From NCBI GenBank assembly GCA_965662465.1, contig CBFIIO010000016.1, positions 7,587 to 71,586 of the forward strand: 64,000 bases of DNA. Reading direction: 5' to 3'. Source of the DNA: Planctomycetota bacterium. GTDB taxonomy: Bacteria > Planctomycetota > UBA1135 > UBA2386. Each line of letters starts with the position of its first letter. The first letter of the stretch is position 1. The translations under genes and the position numbers were made by a program. Under the pieces are notes generated by a model, which was not told where the DNA came from, searched no databases, and was given only the letters and a program-made list of their open reading frames with translations. Shown here piece by piece: positions 20,422-28,491 of the stretch.

Positions 20422-22137
20422 ATGACTCAGTTCGCTAAAAAACTTCGAGGCATTCTCGAGAAGGCAGGCAAGCTTGAAACCGGTGCTGGCGACACATTGC
20501 TAGCTGAGGCGCGAGCTCAAAAGCGTCCGTTCACCGAGATCCTAGTTAAGAAGGGGGTCGCGACCGAACAAGACCTCGTTGCGTTGATTGCTAAGGCCGC
20601 CAATATCCCGCCGATCGACTTGTCAAAATTGACCCTGAACAAAGAGGTTCTTGAGTCAGTTCCAGAAGACGTCGCGCGGGACTACGGCGTGTTTCCGGTC
20701 GATAAGATCGGTTCGATCATTACGATTGCGGTCGCTAACCCATTCGATGTTCTCAAGTTCGATGACATTCGGATCGTTACTGGTTGCACGCTACGGCTCG
20801 TCGTTAGCACGGAAGAAGAGATTGAGCGCACGCGCGGTAAGAGCTACCAGCAAGAAAGTGAGAGCGTTGATGGCATCCTCGACTCATTTGACGATGCTGA
20901 CGTCTCTCTAAAAGAGGACGCTGATGAAGATGACGGCACGGACCTCTCTGCCATCAGTGATGAAGATTCGCCAGTCGTCAAGTTGGTGAACAAGATGATC
21001 CTGGATGCCTGCAACCAAGGCGTTTCAGACATCCACATCGAACCCTTTGAGAAGAAAGTGATCGTTCGATATCGCAAGGATGGCACCATGGCGGAGGCGA
21101 TGACCTTGCCGAAGCGGATGCAAAACAACATCACTTCGCGCATCAAGATCATGTCAAAGCTGGATATCGCCGAGAAGCGAAAGCCCCAAGATGGCAAGTT
21201 CCAGATGAAGATTGGCCGTAAGGCCGTCGATTTCCGGGTGTCGATTTTGCCAGTTGTCTGGGGTGAAAAGACCGTCTTCCGGATTCTTGACTCAAGCAAC
21301 CTTGCAACTGACATCAAGGAACTCGGTTTCGAAAAGCAGTCAATGGCAGACTATCTGTGGGCCTGTTCGCAGCCCTACGGAATGATTCTTGTCACTGGTC
21401 CAACGGGCTCAGGAAAGTCTACGACTCTCTACTCCGCGGTCCGACATATTGCATCGCCTGACATCAATCTGGTAACGGTTGAAGATCCAGTTGAATACCA
21501 GTTAGAAGGCATCAACCAGGTTCCTGTTAATCCAAAGGCTGGACTGACTTTTAGTGGCGCGTTGCGATCGATTCTTCGTCAAGACCCTGACGTTGTGTTG
21601 CTCGGTGAGGTTCGTGATGCCGAAACGCTTGAGATTGCAGTGAAGGCTGCGCTGACGGGTCACCTAGTTCTTAGCACGCTGCATACAAACGATGCCCCTT
21701 CGACGATCACTCGTATGGTCGACATGGGCTGTGATCCGTTCATGGTCTCTAGTTCGACATTGCTGATCTGTGCTCAGCGACTTGGACGGCGGTTATGTCC
21801 GAGTTGTAAGAAGCCGGTGGATATTCCGAAGGCTGCCCTGCTCAAACTCGGCTACCGCGAGGAAGACTTTGAAGATCCAGACATCCCGATGACTCTGTTT
21901 GAGCCTGCTGGGTGTCCGCGTTGCAACAAGGGATACAAGGGGCGGTTTGCGCTGCTCGAGACGATGCGCATGACTGAGGCCGTGAAGCGCATGGTTGTTG
22001 ACGGCGCACACTTAGCTGACATCAAGAAGCAGGCTCTCGCCGATGGCATGTTGACTCTTCGTCGCTGCGGCTTGTTGAACGCTGCTCGTGGTGTCACCAG
22101 TTTGCAGGAAATTGAGGCGCAGACGATGGCCGACTGA
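20422..22137 (+). CDS. pilB: Type IV pilus / T2SS assembly ATPase PilB/GspE
   Basis: SDIHIEP, LDIAEKRKPQDG, Walker A GPTGSGKST, TVEDPVE, LRQDPD, GHLVLSTLH, and tetracysteine CPSC...CPRC. Confidence 0.93.
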   Translation: MTQFAKKLRGILEKAGKLETGAGDTLLAEARAQKRPFTEILVKKGVATEQDLVALIAKAANIPPIDLSKLTLNKEVLESVPEDVARDYGVFPVDKIGSIITIAVANPFDVLKFDDIRIVTGCTLRLVVSTEEEIERTRGKSYQQESESVDGILDSFDDADVSLKEDADEDDGTDLSAISDEDSPVVKLVNKMILDACNQGVSDIHIEPFEKKVIVRYRKDGTMAEAMTLPKRMQNNITSRIKIMSKLDIAEKRKPQDGKFQMKIGRKAVDFRVSILPVVWGEKTVFRILDSSNLATDIKELGFEKQSMADYLWACSQPYGMILVTGPTGSGKSTTLYSAVRHIASPDINLVTVEDPVEYQLEGINQVPVNPKAGLTFSGALRSILRQDPDVVLLGEVRDAETLEIAVKAALTGHLVLSTLHTNDAPSTITRMVDMGCDPFMVSSSTLLICAQRLGRRLCPSCKKPVDIPKAALLKLGYREEDFEDPDIPMTLFEPAGCPRCNKGYKGRFALLETMRMTEAVKRMVVDGAHLADIKKQALADGMLTLRRCGLLNAARGVTSLQEIEAQTMAD

Positions 22138-22198
22138 TCAGGCGAATTGCAGTCAGCTAGATCAGCAAGTCAGTGAGAGATAACTAGGGGAATAGGAA

Positions 22199-23443
22199 AT
22201 GGCTACCAAGTTCAAATTTGAGGCACGCGATGCGACCGGCAAGGTTGTTAAGGGAGCCATTACGGCATCATCTCAATCTGAGGTGGTGGCCGAAGTACGT
22301 CGGCGTCAATTGACTCCGCTTGAGATCAACAAGTCACTGGGTCTCGGTAGCCTGTTTTCGAAGTCGGTCGGGCCGAAATCAAAGAAAGGTCTCGCCAAGA
22401 GAGCGTCTGCCAAGAAGGGCGAGCTTGAGATCTTTACGCGTCAGCTCGCGACGATGCTTAGCGCTGGTATTCCGATGCTGGAAGCTCTTGAGATAATGGC
22501 GGATCAGGCCGAAAGCCCTGGGTTCGCCTTTTGTCTAGACAAAGTCGTTGAGTCGATCCGCAATGGTTCGGACTTGTCCAAGGCGATGGAGCCGCACAAG
22601 AAGGTCTTCAGCCACATCTATGTCAGCATGATTCGGGCTGGTGAGGTCTCTGGCCAGATCGACATCATTCTTCAGCGTTTGGCTGATTACCTAGAGGCCG
22701 CTGCGCACCTTCGCAACGAAATCAAATCGGCGATGACCTATCCGGTGATTTCGCTGATATTGGTGATTGGCATCGCATCATTTTTGATGATTGGCATCGT
22801 GCCGTCATTCAAACCGGTGTTCGAGTCACTCGAAGTTGAGTTGCCGGCATTGACCGTTGTGATCATGGACATCGCGTTCTTCATGCGCGACTACTGGTAT
22901 GTGATCTTTGGTGGCATGGCAGCTTTGATCTTTGGCACCATGGCTGCGGTTAAGACTGAGAAGGGTTGCTATGTGAAGGATGTGATCATCCTACGCATCC
23001 CGGTCTTTGGAGTCCTGTTCAAGAAGGTTGCCCTTTCACGCTTCGCTCGCACATTTTCGACACTGATAAAAAGTGGTGTTCCGATTTTGGGTGCGATGGA
23101 AATTGTGTCTGATACCTCAGGCAACAAAGTCATCTCTGGAGTCGTAGATCGAGCTCGAGACAGTGTTCGTCAAGGGGACAGCTTATCTGACCCCTTTATG
23201 TCGTCTTCAGTGTTCCCTCCAATGGTCGTTAAGATGATGGCCATTGGTGAGCGTTCCGGCGCACTTGACGCCTTGCTCGAGAAGATCGCTGAGTTCTATG
23301 ACCAGCAAGTTGAAGCCGAGGTTAAGGGGCTTACCGCGATGATCGAGCCAATCATGATTGCCATTATGGGCATCATCGTTGGGGGCATCGTGTTGGCCGT
23401 GTTCTTACCCATCTTCAAGCTGCAAGAAACGCTGTCGGGTTGA
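22199..23443 (+). CDS. pilC: Type IV pilus inner-membrane platform protein PilC (GspF family)
   Basis: FTRQLATMLSAGIP, GEVSGQID, KSAMTYP, RFARTFSTLIKSGVP, GERSGALD, and MIEPIMI...FLPIF. Confidence 0.95.
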   Translation: MATKFKFEARDATGKVVKGAITASSQSEVVAEVRRRQLTPLEINKSLGLGSLFSKSVGPKSKKGLAKRASAKKGELEIFTRQLATMLSAGIPMLEALEIMADQAESPGFAFCLDKVVESIRNGSDLSKAMEPHKKVFSHIYVSMIRAGEVSGQIDIILQRLADYLEAAAHLRNEIKSAMTYPVISLILVIGIASFLMIGIVPSFKPVFESLEVELPALTVVIMDIAFFMRDYWYVIFGGMAALIFGTMAAVKTEKGCYVKDVIILRIPVFGVLFKKVALSRFARTFSTLIKSGVPILGAMEIVSDTSGNKVISGVVDRARDSVRQGDSLSDPFMSSSVFPPMVVKMMAIGERSGALDALLEKIAEFYDQQVEAEVKGLTAMIEPIMIAIMGIIVGGIVLAVFLPIFKLQETLSG

Positions 23444-23534
23444 TCGCGTCATTATGCGATTGGCATCGCCACTAGAGCTTTTGCGTGTAGCTCGACAGAA
23501 CTGAACGCGCTGGAGTCAGGCAAAAAGGGAATCC

Positions 23535-24413
23535 ATGAATCAATCAATCAGCCGTGTGCTGCTCTATGGCAGTGCAGCGCTTGCTATTTCTGGGATCGCG
23601 ATTACGTGGGCTACAACGTCGACGGATGCCGACGTAGTGACACTGCTGAGCAGCGCTGACTCACAGTTGCGTTTGGCGCATGCGATGCCTGTTTTCGACT
23701 CGGAAGGGAATCGATTGGATTCACGCGATGTCATGATTGTCAGTGCGATTGAGCAGCTGGTAAAGGTTGAGCGCAATGAGCCTGGATTGGCTGTTACTGC
23801 CGAGTTCCGCGGATTTGCACACATGCTGCAGGATGAATTCGCTGCGGCTGCCGCGTGTTATCAAGAAGCTAGCACGCGCGGTGATTGCAGTGACGAGCAA
23901 CGGGATGTCCTGACCTTTAATCAAGCGCGCATGCTGGTTCAGGCTGATCAGCCAGATCAGGCGCTGGCATTGTTTGCTGCAAATAAAGTGGCTCTTGATG
24001 CGCGCTACGGCCATCAGCGTCGACTAGAGGAGGCCACAATCCTAAGTGGCTTGAACAGGTCGGCGGAGGCTGTTGTTCGCCTTGACATTATTAGGTCCGA
24101 CGAGAGCGCATCGCCCATGGCACTGCTGCAAGCAGGCCGTGTGTATACGAGTCTTCACTGTTTAGAAGCCGCGGAAGATGTGCTCATGCGGACCCGAAAA
24201 GAACTTGTCATAGCTGATTACTACCTTGCTCAACTCAAGTTGTGCCAGGGGCAAACCGATATCAGCATGGAGTTGTTGGAGCGTGTCTCGAAGGCGCGGC
24301 CGATCGAGGTGAGGCGGATGCTTCTTGATGAAGCGAACGCCTGGTCGGCTGTCTTGACAGATGCGCGCTTCCAAGAGCTCTCGAAGGTGGTTCCAGCGTC
24401 CCCTGGGCGCTGA
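23535..24413 (+). CDS. TPR-like helical repeat protein with N-terminal signal/anchor
   Basis: Hydrophobic N-terminus and repeated A..CYQEA / QARMLVQ...ALALF / YYLAQLKL...S.ELL helical pairs. Lies between pilC and the pilin. Confidence 0.65.
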   Translation: MNQSISRVLLYGSAALAISGIAITWATTSTDADVVTLLSSADSQLRLAHAMPVFDSEGNRLDSRDVMIVSAIEQLVKVERNEPGLAVTAEFRGFAHMLQDEFAAAAACYQEASTRGDCSDEQRDVLTFNQARMLVQADQPDQALALFAANKVALDARYGHQRRLEEATILSGLNRSAEAVVRLDIIRSDESASPMALLQAGRVYTSLHCLEAAEDVLMRTRKELVIADYYLAQLKLCQGQTDISMELLERVSKARPIEVRRMLLDEANAWSAVLTDARFQELSKVVPASPGR

Positions 24414-24499
24414 TCTCAGCTTTGAAGTAGTCGAGTGATAGGGGAAACGAACGCAGCTAATTCGGCTGCATCAATCAAAGGTTGTTCATGGAGAATCAA

Positions 24500-25225
24500 A
24501 TGTCTAAGCGGGAACAGGGCTTTACGCTCATCGAACTCATGATCGTTGTTGCGATCATTGCCATCATTGCATCAATTGCTATTCCGAACCTTCTCAGTGC
24601 GCGTCTCAACGCCAACGAGTCGGCCGCAATCGCGACGTTGAAGAACATCGCATCAGGCCAATCGCAGCTGCAGGCTTCGGGCACCATCGACGTCAACGGC
24701 AACGGCCAAGGCGAATACGGCTTCTTCGGCGAATTGTCTGGCCGCATCGCTGTTCGTGGCAGCACGCTTGTGGTTACCCCACCAGTGCTTTCGGCTGCTT
24801 TCGGTAACGTTGGAACTGCTGGCACGCCACAAGAGTCTCGCGTTTCGCGTTCGGGCTACGTCTTCCAGATGTTCCTCCCAAGTGTTACTGCAGCAGGCCT
24901 TGCTGAAGATGCAGGTGGTGGTGACTTGACCAACGACAACGGTGTCGATCCGGGTCAAAGCGAAGTGCTTTGGTGCTGCTACGCATGGCCATCCACGGTT
25001 GGCAGCAGTGGCAACCGCACGTTCTTCATCAATCAGTCTGGCGACGTTCTCTCGACGAACGCTGCAGCTGGTGGCATGGCCAGTCGCTACAGCAACTCCG
25101 GTAGTGTGCTTCCGACTTTCGATGCTGCCTACACTGGTGCAACGATGGATACTGCCGTTGGCATCAACGCAGCAACCACCGGTGTCCCGGCCAATGATGG
25201 CAACACCTGGGTCGTAGTCCAGTAA
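24500..25225 (+). CDS. Type IV pilin-like protein (large, 241 aa) with class III signal peptide
   Basis: MSKREQG|FTLIELMIVVAIIAIIASIAIPNL with E at +5. RBS ggag before ATG 24500. Followed by a strong hairpin. Confidence 0.92.
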   Translation: MSKREQGFTLIELMIVVAIIAIIASIAIPNLLSARLNANESAAIATLKNIASGQSQLQASGTIDVNGNGQGEYGFFGELSGRIAVRGSTLVVTPPVLSAAFGNVGTAGTPQESRVSRSGYVFQMFLPSVTAAGLAEDAGGGDLTNDNGVDPGQSEVLWCCYAWPSTVGSSGNRTFFINQSGDVLSTNAAAGGMASRYSNSGSVLPTFDAAYTGATMDTAVGINAATTGVPANDGNTWVVVQ

Positions 25226-25267
25226 GGGCTACTAAGTATGTAGCTGTCTTTCGGCTGCTACATCGAG

Positions 25268-25315
25268 CAATGCCTGCGTGCGGCTTCGGCCTCGCGCGGG
25301 CATTGTTGGTTTTGG
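25268..25315 (+). terminator. Intrinsic terminator after the pilin gene
   Basis: 17-bp stem caatgcctgcgtgcggc / gcctcgcgcgggcattg (one mismatch, two G-U pairs) with a c(UUCG)g loop, followed by a T-rich tail. Lies between convergent pilin and tatD genes. Confidence 0.8.
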
Positions 25316-25403
25316 TTGGTTAGATTGCTATCCCGGTGACCAGAGGCATCATGTAAGCCTCTGCTGGCCAAGCGCCGCCCTGGCAGTATTGCGCCAATAT
25401 GCG

Positions 25404-26153
25404 CTAGCCGAATAGTTCGATCGCGTTTTTGTAAGTTGCCGCAGCTGCCTCTTCCAATGATAGGCTTCGAACTTCTGCGAGTTTCGTCAGCGTCTCGATT
25501 ACGAGCGCTGGTTCATTGCGGCGTCCTCGCTTTGATTGCGGCGGTAGGAACGGTGCATCGGTTTCGACGAGTATGCGATCGATTGGCGCAAAGGCACATG
25601 CTGCTCGCAACGCATCATTCTTTGGATAGGTGAGTGGCCCAGCAAAAGAGAGGTGCAGACCCAGTTCGAGTGACTTTTGTGCCTCGGGGATGCCGCCAGA
25701 GAAACAGTGCATTACACCGCGGACTGGTTCTTCATTATCTAGCAGCTTGAAGAGCGGCTCGAAGGCATCGCGGCAGTGGAAGATGACTGGCTTGTCCAGT
25801 TCTCGGGCTAATGCGAGGTGCGCTCGTAAGGACGCCTCTTGTTGATCAAGTGGCGTGCGATCGCGGAAGCAATCAAGGCCGGTTTCACCGACTGCGACGC
25901 ACGTCTTGTCGTGCGCGAGCTGGCTGATGATTGGCCATTCTTCCTCAAACTTGGCGCTGTCATTCGGATGCAAGCCAGCACTCCACCGGACTCCGGGCAA
26001 GCTTGATAGTTCTCGCGCAGCTTGGCTGGTGGCTGCGTCAATACCGACAACAAGAAGTGCTCCAACTGAGGCTGCGACGGCCCGCGAGTGGTCATCCTCT
26101 GGAGCTACTTTTCCGTCGAGGCCAATGTGGCAATGGGAGTCATAGACCTGCAT
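25404..26153 (-). CDS. tatD: TatD-family DNase / metal-dependent hydrolase
   Basis: DSHCH, GLHP, AVGETGLD, FHCRDA, GVMHCFSG, ETDAPFL and RNEP. Confidence 0.93.
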   Translation of the reverse strand: MQVYDSHCHIGLDGKVAPEDDHSRAVAASVGALLVVGIDAATSQAARELSSLPGVRWSAGLHPNDSAKFEEEWPIISQLAHDKTCVAVGETGLDCFRDRTPLDQQEASLRAHLALARELDKPVIFHCRDAFEPLFKLLDNEEPVRGVMHCFSGGIPEAQKSLELGLHLSFAGPLTYPKNDALRAACAFAPIDRILVETDAPFLPPQSKRGRRNEPALVIETLTKLAEVRSLSLEEAAAATYKNAIELFG

Positions 26154-26594
26154 AAGTTATCTCTCTAAGCGTCCTGCTCAGGACTCAGGGTAGCCAAAGC
26201 CAGTGTCACGGCGAGTGTCGTTTTACGTCGTCGACACGCGTTGCTGCGGTGGCTCATACCCTAGGTTGGTTCTGTTCTGGTTGCAGCGGGCCGCAAGTTT
26301 GGGTGCCCTTGGACGGGCGCTATATTGCAGCCGGGGTTGGCGGCAGAGTGCGCGGCTTCCTGGCGTTGTCGGCGATGCCTTTCCCGATGTCGGTAATTAT
26401 TGGGCTGTTCAATGGTTTTACTCCGTAAATGGCGCGACCGATCAGCCGTGTTACGCCGCAGAAGGTCTCGCGACTGTCACATTCAGAAAATATTGACATC
26501 AAAAGCCTTTACGCTCGTTATTCGAAGGCTGGGGCCCCATGTAAACATCGTGATCTTCCCCGAGCGGCCTACGCGTGAAATCAAAGAGTCGAAA

Positions 26595-27683
26595 GTGAGC
26601 ATACATAGAGCAGCGATCTTAGTCGGTGTTGCATTTCTGTCGCCGTTGCTAGCCCAGGCGCCAGTTGTCAATGCAGCCCGTGGCGTCGAGCAGTTTGCTA
26701 AGAAATCGGCGACCGTACAAAAGCGGCTAGTCTCGGAATTGCGGGAAGTGGCGTCTGCAATTGGCGGCGACTACCACGACGCAATGCGCGTGGTTCTAGC
26801 GGCTGCCGACGAGCGCAAGGACGTGGCAGGCAAGGTTGGCAAGTTTAAGAAGCCAAAGAAGCGTGCTCCCAAGAAAGCCGTCGATAGTTGGCAGATGCCC
26901 ACGACGCTTACCTATGTGTATGGGAGAAGATTGATCGAGCCAGAAGGTCGAACGAAGACTCAGCGGCTTCAGCTGGCCCGCCGGGTTGCCGTCGAGTTGA
27001 TCTTGCTCGGACTCATGCCTGATGCGGATCGTTTACTGGCTGAGTTGGAGCGAGAGCTCGACAGCGACCGCGCCGCGGATCAGTTTGCAGCGTTCTTGGA
27101 ATCATGGCGTAACGGTGACGAGAGCTTCTACGAAGCTTTGGATCGTACGGCCGGGACTGAGGACAGCGTGTTTTTTTACGACGTCATGTTGGGTGACTTC
27201 GTTGCCGGTTTCGCGAAGAAGTCCAAAGACATAAAGAAGGGCCTCAATGCGTCGCACGATGCTTTGCACGAGGGCTTTCTTTGCTATCGCCAATACCGCG
27301 CGTTCCGCGAGGCTGTCGCTCTGTCGTTAGTTTTGCCGCCAGACGTTCCGTTGCCGCAGCACTTGAAGCGTTACGAAGAGAAATTGACTGGCAGCTACTC
27401 GTTACGCGAGCAGGTGTTGATGACGCTAGCTTTGCATGGTTTCGATCCGATGGCCGTTGTGAAGTTGGTGACCGAGAACGCCGATCCATTGTCGAACCCT
27501 CTATGGGGCAATCGTCATGATCCTTACCCCGCTTGGACGAGGTCGTTTGAGGCTGCGATCCCTGGCATGGTTGAGGACGCAGGTAGCACGGATGCCTTCT
27601 TGAAGATGGGCATCGAAAAGCGTCAGAGCGACGCCAGAAAGATCCGTAAGATCGCCGGCATCGTTGGCTTTCTACCGATGTGA
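26595..27683 (+). CDS. Hypothetical secreted, mostly helical protein
   Basis: Open frame (track start 26400). GTG 26595 gives a signal-peptide-like SIHRAAILVGVAFLSPLLA-QA. No recognised family. Confidence 0.6.
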   Translation: MSIHRAAILVGVAFLSPLLAQAPVVNAARGVEQFAKKSATVQKRLVSELREVASAIGGDYHDAMRVVLAAADERKDVAGKVGKFKKPKKRAPKKAVDSWQMPTTLTYVYGRRLIEPEGRTKTQRLQLARRVAVELILLGLMPDADRLLAELERELDSDRAADQFAAFLESWRNGDESFYEALDRTAGTEDSVFFYDVMLGDFVAGFAKKSKDIKKGLNASHDALHEGFLCYRQYRAFREAVALSLVLPPDVPLPQHLKRYEEKLTGSYSLREQVLMTLALHGFDPMAVVKLVTENADPLSNPLWGNRHDPYPAWTRSFEAAIPGMVEDAGSTDAFLKMGIEKRQSDARKIRKIAGIVGFLPM

Positions 27684-27831
27684 AGCTGGCAAATCCGCAC
27701 GCCAGATGCGGCGCGACGATGGCTTGGAGCAGCCAGCGTTACTGCTGCAAATCTTGGCAGCGCGGTAAACCTCTACGCAGCCAAGTCAGCGTTTAGCTCT
27801 ATCAGCAATGCTGTCTCGCGGACGGGGCCAG

Positions 27832-28491
27832 TTACTTGCTACGCAATTGACGGTCATGCTCTTGAGCAAACGCAGCTACTGCTTCCGTGTTGACCTCGTT
27901 TGCTGCTTGCAGCACGTCATCAATTACTTCTTGGAGCAGTGCGTCAGATTCATTTAAGAGCGGCGTAACCAACTCTTCGAATCGCGAAAACACCTTAGCG
28001 TCTGTGACGACGGGTATTCTAGCTGCGCGCACGGCGGCGCGGCGTAGTTGCTGATCCGCGCTTTTGGCGAGCTGGCCGAGGTTCTTCCAGAGCTTCTTGT
28101 TCTTGCAGGTCAGTGGCCCGAGAACGCCGTCGGCAATGCGTGCTGATAAGCTTTCGATCGAGGCGTCTTGTAGGAGGCTTTCGACAAATGGGTGGTCTTG
28201 CGGCTCCAGCAGTGCTGCGCGCATTGCGAGGATCTCGACCCCTACGCAGCGAAGCTCATAGGTCTTGGTCGCCCAAAGTGTGCGGACGAACGCAGTCATT
28301 TGTGCGCGACCCATCTCCGGATAGAGCTGGGTTAGATCGTTCGCAGCTGCGGTGATCTCGCGCTGATCCGCGCCCAAGAACTTTATGCTTTCGCCATGTT
28401 GGGCAGTTAGCTCCGCAATCAGCTCTTCCGAACCCTTCTTGGTTAACCGCTGGCGCAGTAGCGCCTGCTCACGTCCGAAGTTCATGCTCAT
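27832..28491 (-). CDS. AlkD-like (DNA alkylation repair family) HEAT-repeat protein
   Basis: FLG...R, LWATKTYELR and LRRAA helical repeats. Start overlaps the CBS stop codon (ATGA). Confidence 0.6.
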   Translation of the reverse strand: MSMNFGREQALLRQRLTKKGSEELIAELTAQHGESIKFLGADQREITAAANDLTQLYPEMGRAQMTAFVRTLWATKTYELRCVGVEILAMRAALLEPQDHPFVESLLQDASIESLSARIADGVLGPLTCKNKKLWKNLGQLAKSADQQLRRAAVRAARIPVVTDAKVFSRFEELVTPLLNESDALLQEVIDDVLQAANEVNTEAVAAFAQEHDRQLRSK

